Shown here: piece by piece, positions 44,079 to 55,188 of the stretch
Layout: every line of letters begins with the position of its first letter
Numbering within the stretch: the first letter of the stretch is position 1
Source: Chloropicon primus
Taxonomy: Eukaryota
Direction of reading: 5' to 3'
Length of the DNA: 64,000 nucleotides
Assembly (NCBI GenBank): GCA_023205875.1
Contig: CP060754.1
Location: 1,240,001 to 1,304,000 of the forward strand
The notes under the pieces: generated by a model
What the model saw: the letters and a program-made list of their open reading frames with translations, nothing else
Told to the model about the DNA's origin: nothing
Databases searched by the model: none
Position numbers and translations under genes: made by a program

Positions 44079-45449
44079 ATGTCGACGGATGGGATACAGG
44101 CAGCGGTGGACGCGATGGTGCCGATAGCGGATCAGCTGAGGCAGGGAGCGCTGTACTGCGAGGAGAGTTTTGGGAACGCGAGGAACAAGGCAAAGGTCTT
44201 GGAGAAGACAAAGACGTACACGAGTCAGTGCTTGGAGAATTTCGCTGGACACGTCCTGAATGCCATGAAGGAGGTGGACGACCTCCTCCAGTCCCAGACC
44301 AGCAACGTGAGGAAGTTGAACGAGGGCGTTCAGAACCTCGAGGCGAAGATCAAGTACTGCCGCCTGGAAGCGAACTCGAAAATGAGGGAGAGCGTGAGCT
44401 ACGAGGAGGACCTCGTGACGAATAAGGTGGAGACGCTGAGCACCTTGGAGAGCAAGCGGAGCGTGGCCAGGGAGAACTTCGATTACGGCCAGCTGTCGAG
44501 GCTGGGAATAAGCGCGGCGAAGATCTTCAAGAGCGCAACGGAGAAGGAGATCACGTATTACCCGGGAAGCAGCGAGACCGCCTCCTCAACAGCCAGCGGT
44601 GGTGGTGGTGGTGGGGCGTCCTCGTCGGGAAGAGGTGACAGCCCTCCCCCCCTCAAGAAGAAGTCGGACGCGGAGGTTCCAAAGGCCAAAGCTTCGGTCA
44701 GCGATTTCCAGCCCCCGCCCCCAAAGCCCCCGCCATCGGCCACAGAGTTCAAAGCTCCGGCTCCAGCCCCACCACCAGCCCAGAGTGCCGCTCCGCCTCC
44801 GCCAAAGCCACCACCACCAGCCCAGAGTGCCGCTCCGCCACCGCCAAAGCCATCACCACCAGCCAGGAGTGCCGCTCCGCCACCACCAAAGCCACCATCA
44901 CGGGGAGGTGCAGCTCCACCTCCTCCACCAAAGCCACCATCACGGGGAGGTGCAGCTCCACCTCCTCCACCAAAGCCACCATCACGGGGAGGTGCAGCTC
45001 CACCTCCTCCACCAAAGCCACCATCACGGGGAGGTGCAGCTCCACCTCCACCACCAAAGCCACCATCACGGGGAGGTGCAGCTCCACCTCCGCCACCAAA
45101 GCCACCATCACGGGGAGGTGCAGCTCCACCTCCGCCACCCCCACCGCCATCATCGGGGGGAGGTGGTGCTGCTCCTCCACCGCCACCAAAACCTCCAACA
45201 GCGGGGGGTGCAGCTCCGCCTCCGCCACCAAAACCTCCGTCAGCTGACAGGCCCAAGGTTTCAAACTTTGGGGGTGGGGGGTCTCTTGCTGAGCAGCTTG
45301 CTTCACGGAGGAACGGGCTGAAGAAGAGGCAGAGTCTGAGCAAGAAGGCTTCAGGAGGAGGAGGAGGCGCGGCCGCGCCAGCAAAGAAGAAGGCCCCACA
45401 AATGAGCATGGCTCAGGAGCTGGCAATGAAGATGAAAAACCGCAAGTGA
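44079..45449 (+). CDS. ABI/ABIL-like (WAVE complex) protein with proline-rich repeats and C-terminal WH2-like motif
   Basis: N-terminal QLRQGALYCEESF..KAKVLEKTKTYTSQCLENFAGHV resembles the Abi N-terminal helices; SLAEQLASRRNGLKKR near the C-terminus. Confidence 0.75.
   Translation: MSTDGIQAAVDAMVPIADQLRQGALYCEESFGNARNKAKVLEKTKTYTSQCLENFAGHVLNAMKEVDDLLQSQTSNVRKLNEGVQNLEAKIKYCRLEANSKMRESVSYEEDLVTNKVETLSTLESKRSVARENFDYGQLSRLGISAAKIFKSATEKEITYYPGSSETASSTASGGGGGGASSSGRGDSPPPLKKKSDAEVPKAKASVSDFQPPPPKPPPSATEFKAPAPAPPPAQSAAPPPPKPPPPAQSAAPPPPKPSPPARSAAPPPPKPPSRGGAAPPPPPKPPSRGGAAPPPPPKPPSRGGAAPPPPPKPPSRGGAAPPPPPKPPSRGGAAPPPPPKPPSRGGAAPPPPPPPPSSGGGGAAPPPPPKPPTAGGAAPPPPPKPPSADRPKVSNFGGGGSLAEQLASRRNGLKKRQSLSKKASGGGGGAAAPAKKKAPQMSMAQELAMKMKNRK
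44884..45135 (+). repeat. 42-nt coding tandem repeat, ~6 copies (APPPPPKPPSRGGA)
   Basis: aagccaccatcacggggagg recurs every 42 nt. Confidence 0.95.
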
Positions 45450-45601
45450 GGGCCTCCTTCAATGGCCCCGGTGTGTATATAGCAAAGTGTAAGGGGATAA
45501 AAAACTTTTCTCTTGTGGAAGGTGGGTTATGTGTTGTATAAAATTATATAAATGTTTTGTTCAACAAAAAAGCCAAAACATATTGTACAGACTTTCCAAG
45601 A

Positions 45602-47494
45602 TTACTGGATGTTCCTCAAGACCATCAGCATTTTGCAAAGCGCGTTCACGTACGCCCTCGTGCTTGAGACCACAATATCCGTGTCGCTGGCTTGGGCAGT
45701 AAAGTTTCTCCTCCTCGTCAAGCCGGAAGCGCTCTCGTACGCCAACCTCTCGTCAGTGGATTCGACGCAAACCCTTGTCACGGCAATCGCATCGATCCCC
45801 TCGGTCACCGCGTTGACCGAGTAATCGAGGAGGTTGACGGGCGACTTCACGATCTTGTCCACTGCCTTGTAGCACGCATCGACGGGGCCCTTTCCGACAA
45901 TGGACTCGACGTGCTCCATGCCGTCCGGTCCTCTCATCTTCACCGTTGCGGTTGGCATTTCCATGGTTCCGCAAACGACTTGGGCCTCCAGAAGCTCCCA
46001 CACGGAGGTGGACTGGAACAGATGCTCCGAAACAAGGGCTTCGAGGTCTTCGTCTTTGATCCCTTTCTTCTTGTCCGCCACAGCTTTGAACCTCTTGAAA
46101 ATCTCATCCAAGTCATCGTTGCCGACGTCATAACCCATCTCCGCGAGCCTCGTCTTCACGGCGTGGCGCCCGCTGTGCTTGCCAAGAACAATGCCAGCGT
46201 CGACGGTCCTGCTCAAGCCTATTGTCTCTGGCGACATGATCTCATAAGTCTCCTTCGACTTGAGCATGCCGTCTTGGTGGATTCCGCTCTCGTGCGCGAA
46301 AGCGTTCATGCCGACGATGGCTTTGTGGGGCTGGACCATCATCCCAGAGTACTCGCTCACCATCTTGCTCGCCATGTGAATGTGCTGCGGGACGATTCCC
46401 GTGTAGAGACCATCCATCTCTTGCTGTCCCCTCAACATGATCGCCATGGCAATCTCCTCCAAAGACGCGTTGCCTGCTCTCTCCCCGATGCCGTTGATCG
46501 TGCACTCGAGCTGCCTGGCGCCGTTCTGGGCGCCGGACAGGCTGTTCGCCGTCGAGAGGCCCAAGTCGTTCTGGCAGTGGGTCGAGAGGATGACACCCTC
46601 TATGCCCTCCACGTTCGCTCTCAATTTCGCGATGAGCTCCCCGAACTCGAGCGGCAGGTTCCAACCAGTGGTGTCCGGGATGTTCAGCGTCGTGGCCCCC
46701 GCCTTGATGACCTCCCCCAGGATCCTGTACAAGAACTCGGGCCTGGATCTGCCAGCGTCTTCGGGGCTGAACTCAATGTCGTCGCAGCCCAAGCCCTTGA
46801 GGTACTTCACGGCGTTCACCGCGTTCTCCACGACCTCGTCCTCCGTCATCCTCAGCTTGTGCTCCATGTGGATGTCCGACGTAGCGATGAACGTGTGCAC
46901 CCTCGGAAACGCAGCGCCCTTCACCGCGTTCCAGGACGCGTCCAGGTCAGCTTGTATCGTTCTGGAGAGTCCACAAATCACTGGGATGTGGCCATCATCC
47001 TGGGGTTGAGTCCCCACCGTATCCGCGATCAGCTTCACGGCCTTGAAGTCGTCAGGCGAGGCCCTCGGGAACCCTGCCTCGATGATATCCACCCCGAGCT
47101 TGGACAGCTGCCTCGCGATCTGAACCTTCTCGTCGATGGTCAGAGTCGCGCCAGGGGACTGCTCGCCGTCCCGGAGCGTCGTGTCGAATATCCTCACGTA
47201 GTTCGGGTCATCGATCTTGCTGGGCACGTACTTTGGCCTCTTGGGCCTCGGAGGGGCCGCACGATCCCTCAGAGCGCGCGGAACCACCACTAAACGACCC
47301 CCCTTGGTCCCACTCGAGCCCTGAATCAATATGGATGCCCCGCAGCCGCCTCTGGCCTCCTTGCCCCCATTCCTTCCTTCGCCTCTCCCCAAAACGTGTC
47401 CAGAAAAAGTCGGCAAGGTACCTCTCGACCGTCTCACTCTGGACGACCAGGAAACAACGTCCGACCCTCCCTTCGTCACCTTCGCCGTCCTCAT
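45602..47494 (-). CDS. leuA: 2-isopropylmalate synthase, plastid-targeted
   Basis: [39 protein letters not shown]-terminal regulatory domain GPVDA; N-terminal extension. Confidence 0.96.
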   Translation of the reverse strand: MRTAKVTKGGSDVVSWSSRVRRSRGTLPTFSGHVLGRGEGRNGGKEARGGCGASILIQGSSGTKGGRLVVVPRALRDRAAPPRPKRPKYVPSKIDDPNYVRIFDTTLRDGEQSPGATLTIDEKVQIARQLSKLGVDIIEAGFPRASPDDFKAVKLIADTVGTQPQDDGHIPVICGLSRTIQADLDASWNAVKGAAFPRVHTFIATSDIHMEHKLRMTEDEVVENAVNAVKYLKGLGCDDIEFSPEDAGRSRPEFLYRILGEVIKAGATTLNIPDTTGWNLPLEFGELIAKLRANVEGIEGVILSTHCQNDLGLSTANSLSGAQNGARQLECTINGIGERAGNASLEEIAMAIMLRGQQEMDGLYTGIVPQHIHMASKMVSEYSGMMVQPHKAIVGMNAFAHESGIHQDGMLKSKETYEIMSPETIGLSRTVDAGIVLGKHSGRHAVKTRLAEMGYDVGNDDLDEIFKRFKAVADKKKGIKDEDLEALVSEHLFQSTSVWELLEAQVVCGTMEMPTATVKMRGPDGMEHVESIVGKGPVDACYKAVDKIVKSPVNLLDYSVNAVTEGIDAIAVTRVCVESTDERLAYESASGLTRRRNFTAQASDTDIVVSSTRAYVNALCKMLMVLRNIQ

Positions 47495-47678
47495 CCCTCG
47501 TTTACTCCTCCTCTCGCCTCCCTTTCGCCCTCTCTCTTCTCCTTTCCTGAACACCCTCCAATCAGAGGATAAGGTTTGGGCCTCTCTGGGTTCTGTGGAG
47601 GTTTGGACATCACAGACCACGCTGTGCAGGAGGAGAGGGTACGCAAGGGAGAAGGGTGGAAGTCAAGCTGCGGGGATC

Positions 47679-48545
47679 ATGCCTTCTTCTTGTTCTTCTT
47701 CTTGTTCCTCGCCCAAGGGTTTTCGTTTTCGCTTTCCTGCTGCGGAGAAGAGGGGAATCAGGATAGCCACAGGGGCATGTGCTCGGGGGGTCTCACCCTT
47801 GTCCAGGTGTGCGAGGCAGGGGGAAGGGGGGAGGCCGAGCTCGATGGGAGCGAGGAGGGTTGGTGATCCCTTCGCCACCGGGATTGTGATTGGGACGGGG
47901 GCGGCCTCTTCCCATGCGTCGTCGAGGTTTCTTCTGGAGACGGAGACCTCCTGCTGCGAAAGGAGAAAACTCTGTGCCCCACCAGAGTCCCTGAACGGCG
48001 ACGCGGTGGAGAACGGGGAGAGGTGGGCCGAAGAATCTTCGCAGGATTTTGGCGGCGATGTCAACCCCTTCTTCGATGCGGATGAGAACAAGACGTACAA
48101 GGACAAGCTCTCAACACTCATGCTGCAGGTGGATTGGCGCTTCCCGAGGCCGGGAGTGTTGTACCCTCTGTACACAAGAAGCAAGTTCCTGGTGGGCTGG
48201 AACGCCGTGAAAATCATGAGGGAGACCGAGAGCCTGGACGAGGCCAAGCTGGAGCAGCTGAAGCGGACGCGGAGGTCCGTCGCTTGGTACGGGATCCAGT
48301 ACCTGTGGTACCTGGTGCCCACGCCGCTCGTGTACCTGTACAAAAAACTAGTTCTGGGGCCCATCCTGCCCTTGATCAGGCTAATTCACAAGCAGGTCGT
48401 GAGAACTTACGCAAGGATTGCCTTGAAGAGAGCGAAACCTGGGGATGGGAACAAATGGGTGGCGTCAGCAATGGGGCTGTACCACGGCCGAGTCGGGTGG
48501 TTCGAGGCATACGTCCGCTTGCTTTTGAATAAAGACTGTCATTGA
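47679..48545 (+). CDS. Hypothetical protein with Ser/Arg-rich organellar transit-like N-terminus
   Basis: ORF with coding-like codon usage and an aromatic/hydrophobic C-terminal half; no family recognised. Confidence 0.7.
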   Translation: MPSSCSSSCSSPKGFRFRFPAAEKRGIRIATGACARGVSPLSRCARQGEGGRPSSMGARRVGDPFATGIVIGTGAASSHASSRFLLETETSCCERRKLCAPPESLNGDAVENGERWAEESSQDFGGDVNPFFDADENKTYKDKLSTLMLQVDWRFPRPGVLYPLYTRSKFLVGWNAVKIMRETESLDEAKLEQLKRTRRSVAWYGIQYLWYLVPTPLVYLYKKLVLGPILPLIRLIHKQVVRTYARIALKRAKPGDGNKWVASAMGLYHGRVGWFEAYVRLLLNKDCH

Positions 48546-48899
48546 ATGAGAAACGATAAGTTTTGCTCCATCTGCGAAAGTAGTAAGCGTGTACTCTTCT
48601 TCCTCTGTTCAACAAGTTCCCCAATCGTTCTCAATCTCAATCTCATAGAGAGACAGAGAGAGAAAAAAAAAGCATGTGATATCTTCCGGCCATGGTTGCT
48701 CAGCCATATGCTGAGGCAGAGCAAAAGTTGCATGGCCAAGAAGACTCGACAATTAAGATAGATGCTTAGCTACCCCTCCCGAAAGGCCGCCATCAGAATT
48801 GCTTTAGATGTTCTTTATATTTTCAGCCATCCAAGAGGGCGAATGCGGATGTAAGTGCAGGATACCTAGAGGATATAGGGGCCCATCGGTTCATGTTGG

Positions 48900-50850
48900 A
48901 AGCATCCATCTTATATAAGAAAGCCTCACAGCTAAGCAGACTTGCAAAACGAGCCCATCATGAGTTTAGTGGACTTGTTGCATCCATTAATAAATATAGC
49001 CTTAATAAATATAGCCTAAGGGTCCTTCGCTTCAATTCCTTAAGAGTCTTGAAGAAAGCCTTCGATAAAAAGAAGAAACGTCAACCAAACATATATGTAC
49101 TTTCCATTCAATAATTTCATGCCCGACACGACGACGCAAACCCTATGTATTTTTTCTTGACCATGTTTTAACATATAGATCAGATAAGCAACAACAATAC
49201 CACGAAAACACGTTGCTCTGTTTTTATTCAACTTTGTATGTTCCTTCACTTTAGCTCATTATAACATAATATTGTATTTCTCAGTGGCAACAATGCAAGC
49301 GTCTGCTCAAAAAGTACAATAAGCGCCCGAAGAGAATAAACAGCAAGTTATAACAGGAAAGGAATAGATAAAATATGGATGATGAGGTATAAGTTTCGGA
49401 TAGAGATAAGTATATTCGCATTCTTCAAGAAAATATATTGCTGTTTCAAACCATTCGCAATTTCTCCGTTTGACTGCTCGTTGCACTATTTACAACCCCT
49501 GAAACGAGCATATCGTCATGAAAAGTTTGACTGGCACTAAGAATGAGCAGCAAATAGTAATCAATACCACATATATAAAGGATTGAAAAGTTGCAAAATA
49601 ATGTGATGGAGGCGTTGTGCTCAAACGCATATTTAACAACAAAACATAAAAGAACTTAAACAATTCCTCAAACTATGTTTGTGAACGCTTTCGTAGCATT
49701 AAAGTGAGGATATGTTATTATCACATGTGCATTTTATAATAATTATGTCTGTTTGAAATATATAACATGAGCCATTCCAAAAGATGTATATATGTCGAAC
49801 AAGTAATTATGATGTCGATGAAAAGATCAATCACAACTCCGACAACCACCACAAATTCGCTCATCATGCTAAGAAATTAATGTATATCAAGCGCAATTCG
49901 ATATTGATTGTGCAATATTGATTGTGCACTGCAGTAAGCATTATTGCTATTTTCAATAAGACCACGATATTCGATTTTCTCAATATTTTCAATGCACACC
50001 CAAAAGATACCTCGATATAATATAATAAACATCTTTGAAAATACTCTGCACTCATGCTAATCTTCATTTCAATAGCATATGATGCGATGCTGTTAATATT
50101 TAGTTTTGCGACTCAAGTAATGGTATCGCGATGCAAAACGATGATAAACGTCACGATGTGGCACTTGGGTTTAGTGAATAAATTGGAAGGACCGTGTTTG
50201 TGTCCGTAAAGGCACGTAGAAATATGATGTTGTGTGATGCACCCTCCGTTACCTGTGCTTATGTCATCCAATTTGTATATATCGCACACGATTTTCCGTT
50301 TGCAAAGATCACGATGGCGGGATGTGCAAGAGTTATTTGGTTCCTGCGATAAGCAATGTAAGGCAAAGGTTATTCAGCCAGAAATAACAATAACAATGCG
50401 GGGGGTGCCATTTTTAACAACGATGGAGGATCGCGTCGAGCGGCAGAGCTTCGCGTTCTGATTCCATATTGTTTGGTTCGGAACGCGCCCATATCGTTGT
50501 TCGAACAAACGTTTTGCGACTCGAACAATGACCACGGTTGCAGAAAGAACTTTGGTTTGAACACGCCTAAAAATACTCAAATAGTGATAAAACATGCTTT
50601 GCTCTTTTGACGAAAGAAAAGTGTTTGGCAGTCATTCTTGTCTCCACCAAATGATGGGAGCTCTCTCTCGCAAAATGCCCATATTTCAAATCACTGCCTA
50701 CTTGGGTGAGCCCCTTTTTTCTTTCGTGGGGCACTTTTTGCGGACGAATCTTTGAAGCGTTATCTTTGTTCAAGCCGCAACCAGAGCGCAATAATAGATA
50801 TAAGATGATTCATCTTCATCTTCATCTAAATCCCCTTTTCCTCCCCCTAA
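48900..50850. other. AT-rich gene-free island
   Basis: Sampled 60-nt lines are ~27-33% GC, far below flanking genes; no credible ORF. Confidence 0.85.
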
Positions 50851-50972
50851 TCCGAAATACTGGTTTAGCCCTTTTAGCCCGCTTTTCGCGGGGAACAGAT
50901 GGAGTCAATTTGCTTCGAACAGAACTGAGGGAGGCAGAGCCGAGACGAGAGGACCTTGTCGCACGAGCTGCC

Positions 50973-51191
50973 ATGGACTTCCTGTTCGGACTATTCGAAA
51001 AGAAGAGCGCTCCGACCGTCCAAGTATTTACTGAGCATGTCTGCAATCAGTACTCCCCGCGGTTTATTATTGGAGGAGTTCACGTTTACCCAGAAGGTTT
51101 TGGCCTAATCATCGCAACTACTGTTTTCTTTGTGTGGCTCTTGAGGAGGAACTACACCGTGGAAAAGCCAAAGCCTTTCTACGAGAAGTAG
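50973..51191 (+). CDS. Small single-pass membrane protein (72 aa)
   Basis: GCCATGG start context, TM-like GFGLIIATTVFFVWLL followed by RR, two TGTAA downstream. Confidence 0.6.
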   Translation: MDFLFGLFEKKSAPTVQVFTEHVCNQYSPRFIIGGVHVYPEGFGLIIATTVFFVWLLRRNYTVEKPKPFYEK

Positions 51192-51283
51192 GCTGCGGCC
51201 CTGCAACCCTCACTGTAAACTTCTTTGTAACCAAAAAGCTGGAGCTTGGGCGAAATAAGTTGGGCTTATAACTTATATACGTG

Positions 51284-54200
51284 TTAGGTTTCTAGCGTTT
51301 CCAAGATTCTGTTTTGGAGCGTGCTTATTTCTGCGTGCAAGCTGACAAGCTCACGCATGCTGTCCATGCTCTGGAGGGGGGGCGTATAGAGATCGCCAAC
51401 TGACTGGTCATAGCTCGTCGCGCTCCTCGCCAGGTGGCTGTTGAGGGGCGAGTTGTTTTGTAGCCCTTGTTGTTGATGATGCATGCTTGAAGGAAAAGCG
51501 TTTGTGTTGAAACCCTCCACAAGCCCTGGCCGAGGGGGTGGCGTGAAACTCAAAGGCGCCTCTCTCGATTCTGCCTTGGGATTTGCAACCGGCGCCAACC
51601 TAGGGCTCCTGCTCAAGCGCCTCATGGTGGAAATCATTTCCTCCCGCTCGCTCTGTATGTCAGCGCCAACAACTTCCGCCGAACCATAAGCATACGCAGA
51701 CTGCCTCCGCCGCACGGCGGGTGGCTCCCCTCTGAAGCTCGACGGCCTTCTGCTTGCTGGGATAAAGGAAATCATTTCCTCCCGCTCGCTCTGCATGTCA
51801 GCGCCAACATCTTCCAGCGGCGGTTCCGCCGAGCCATATGCATACGCAGATTGCCTCCGTTGCACCGGTGGCTCCCCTCTGAAGCTCGATGGCCTTCTGC
51901 TGCTTGCAGCGATAGACGCACGCCTCTCTCTTTCTCTCTCCCTCTCTCTTTCACTCTCGATGTACTCTTGGTGCTCCAATTCCTGGCTCTCAAGTTTGCT
52001 CGCGCTCGCGGACTTCGTCGTGTATGCAAACCACCTGAAAAAGTAGGTGGACCTGATCTGCGCATTTTTTTCGCTTGTTATCATGCGCCCGATGACACCG
52101 AGCTTCTTCCTACGAGCTTTCTTCGCGATTTGGTCCGCCCAGTAACCTTTCCAGGACTGAAGAGCCTTCCAGAGATAATTTTGCACGGCAAAGTCAGCAG
52201 AGACCTTTTTCCTTTGCTCGAGCAGAACGTTCTCTCTCCAGACCAGCAGGGTTCGTTGCTGAAGTTGCTTCACGAAGTGGTTCAAGGAAATCAATCTTGA
52301 GATGTGCCTGCGCTCGTTCAGGACGACGAGCAACAAAAATTTGTTGAAGAACCTCTTCTTGGTCCAAAAGGCACGGAAGCTGTCGGCCTCCTCAGACATT
52401 CTCCTGTGTTCCTGCTTCTCCGAGCACCAGATGCACCAAAGGTGGAACCACCTCTCAACCCTGTGCCTGTATGCCAAGGCTTCCAAGTAATCACTCCTTC
52501 TTCTCCTTTCCACAACCTTGCAGAACGCCAAGTAGGCTTTCTTCCTCACCCAAAACTCCCGGAAGGTGTGCGCAACTTTCTGTTGGGTTTCCACCATGGC
52601 CTGAGCGACTCCCCTCCAGTGGAACAGGACCTTTCTCCTCAATATCTCCTTTGCCTTCTCGTGGATGTCAACCATCATTAGCCTCTTCGCCCTGTGATCA
52701 ACGGACCAATCTCTCCAGTACTCGAACATCGCCCTCGTCTGCCAGTCCTCCCTTCTCCTGATGAATTCCTTCATTCGCGCCGTCCTTCGACAGACGTAGC
52801 TCCAACAGATCAAAGTCTCCCACTTCACCCTTCTGAAAACATCTTCCTGGACTTGCACGAACGCCTTTCTCTGCCTCTGCAGCTCCCTGACCCTGCGGAA
52901 GAACCGCAGGAAGACTCTCCTGCCCAAGCTTCTCTCCGACAGTTCTTTGCAGCTCTCGATGAACTCTTCCTTCCTCTTCGCCGCTCTTTCGGCGTCCCTG
53001 AAGGCTTTTATTTCCTTTTCGAAGCTCTCCACTTTCTCTTTTTCCCGCCTGAGCTGCCCAAGAACATCGCTGTACTCTTGCTGCAGGGACGCGACCTCGA
53101 ACTTCAGCTCGTGGTTCGCCTTCAGCACCGAATCGATGGCCCGGGTGCTCTCTTGCAACTTGGCGTTCTCCTTCATCTGCAGAGCAAGAAGGCTCTTGGC
53201 TTCATTCTCAAGAAGCTTCTTCTGTATGACTTCCTGCTCGAGGCTCTGCTGGGCCGCGATCATGCCGTCGAGGTCGCTGTTCAGCTCGTCTATCGCATCG
53301 TTCACGGTCCTCACGGCAGTGCTCGCCTCCTCGTCCAACGCTTCTACGGTTAGCCGAAGCTCCTCCACGACGGAAAAGTCGGTCGTGACCTCCTCCATCG
53401 GATCCAGGCCCTCCGTCACCGCGATGTTCTGAAACAAGGGAGACTCCGCAGCAGAGAGAGGCTTCTCCGCGCTTTCCCCTCCAACGCCACTGCACACGGC
53501 GTCCAACCTCACCGGAGTCAGGGGCTGACGCTCCCTCAGTATGGGAGCGGGGCCAACTTGCTTCGACTCAAGAGCTCGAGGAGGAGGAGCTCCCGCAGAG
53601 CGGACTGAGGCTTCGCTTGTGCTCGGACTGAGGCCTTGGCCGACGTCTCCTCCTTGGGTCTCCCCCGCGCTTGTTTCCTCACCAGAAGGCGACTTTCTTT
53701 CTATCGGCCGGAATCGAAGCTTGCTCCTGTCCCTGTGGCGAAGGCCATCTCTCACGCTGCCCAAGTCGCCGCCCTTCCTCGAGTTTTGGTCCCTTGAGCT
53801 CCTCACCTTGGGTTCGCCATTATCGCGCGCAGAAGACGGAGAAGCGCAAGGTCAGCGTTAGTTTTCGATTTGGACAGCAAGCTCAACATCAAAGATGCCA
53901 CGAAAGGACTCACCTTTCCAGATATGGGCGGGCTGGGAACGTGCGTGCGTGCGAGGGGGACGTTCTCGTGGTGCTCCGCTTCTGTTGCTTCTGCGCAGGC
54001 ATGGCGGTTGCCTCTGCCTCTCCTCCTGCTGACGTCCTTTTCGAATCGGTTCGCCCCCCCCCTCTGGATCCCCTGGGTGATCTCCTTGGCCAAATCGAGG
54101 GAGGGGGACTTGAGTTCCAGGGGGGCGAACTGCTCGATCCTGCAACCGAGGTCTTTCAGAACGAATTCTTGCCTGGAAAGGATCTTCTCAAAGGCCATGA

Positions 54201-55188
54201 CCCACAAGTTGGACTTGTCTTCCTTGATCCCTGCCTTCTTGCAAAAGTACTGCATTTGGTGCTTCACCTTGGAGACCTCCAAATTGTAGTGGACCTCCAC
54301 CTGGTCCAAGACTCCCCGGCAGAAGTGATTCTCCTTCTCCCACGACCCTATAAGAGTCCGAATGCTCGCCCGCGTGACCGGGTCGCGAGCTTCGCCCCCC
54401 GCTCGCCCAGCCTTCGCCCTTATCCCCTGGTGCACACTAAGCAAGTCGGCCACGTGGGTGAGGAAGCACGTCAGGCAGTAGTTCTGCACGATCTCCGCGA
54501 TCCTTTCGCGCGCGATGGACACGTCCCTCTTCCAGAACTTTCTCTCCTTGTCCGTCACCGGACAGTTGTCCAGCACGTTCAGCGACGGGAAGTAGCTCAA
54601 GATGTGGCTCCTGTAGAAGGGGTACTTGCAAATCTGGTTGCCTTCGAAGTTCGCGTTCTCCAGGCACTCGCAAGCTTTCGAGGCTCCGGCAAGGCTACCA
54701 AAGCTGGTGACGAGGTTGTTGCTGAGGGAGAGGGTCTTCAGGCTCCTGAACTGCTGCAGACCACCCAGGTTCCTGATGTAGTTGTTGCTCAGAAGAAGGA
54801 CCCTCGTCGCCTTGTACTTTCCTGGCAGCTTGTCTATCACGCACACTTGCTTGTTCACCGCGGAGAGCCTCTCTGACTTGAAAGCCGCGGGCTGCTGCGA
54901 GAGGACCGTGCTCAACGCGTCGAGGGACGAGAGTTGCGTCGCGTCCTCCTTCGCTCCCGCGTAGTCGCTGAACTCCACCTCGAGGTCGCCCAAAGAGAAA
55001 GCCTTCGCATCGGTCCCGGCGCCCCAGTCTTCCTCTTGCCGCTGCTCCAAGTACAAATTCTTCTCCAATATCTGCAGAAACTCCTTCTCCGCTTCAAGCT
55101 TCTCGCACTTGCCCTTCCCGCTCACCTTGGTCGCCTGCTTCGCCCGGGACAGCTCGGCGTACCCAAAGTTGTAGTTCGCCTGTGTCAT
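51284..55188 (-). CDS. LRR, coiled-coil and Sfi1-like Trp-repeat protein (probable centriole/basal-body protein), exons 55188-53914 and 53806-51284
   Basis: LLLSNNYI and LSLSNNLV LRRs with cap FYRSHILSYFPSLNVLD; repeats such as YLWKALQSWKGY and LRRKVLFHWR; GTGAGT donor, CTGAC/CTAAC branch-like motifs and a phase-0 join. Confidence 0.75.
51629..51901 (-). repeat. Two-copy internal repeat (~45 aa: SRRPSSFRGEPP..RRQSAYAYGSAE..VGAD.QSEREEMIS)
   Basis: 51629-51753 resembles 51767-51901. Confidence 0.9.

Noticed and set aside
44884..45135. Regular 42-nt repeats resembling a CRISPR array
   Set aside because: No unique spacers; it is an in-frame proline-rich coding repeat in a eukaryotic gene.
48543..48761. 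In-frame ORF right after the TGA of 47679-48545 and a hairpin at ~48682-48744, suggesting selenocysteine readthrough
   Set aside because: No CxxU or GCUG context, the hairpin lacks the SECIS AUGA/AA/GA core, and the extension runs through microsatellite-like sequence.
50161..50180. Telomere-like GGGTTTAG (and scattered AACCCTA motifs) as a telomerase RNA template or telo-box
   Set aside because: Single short matches expected by chance; no supporting promoter or structure recognised.
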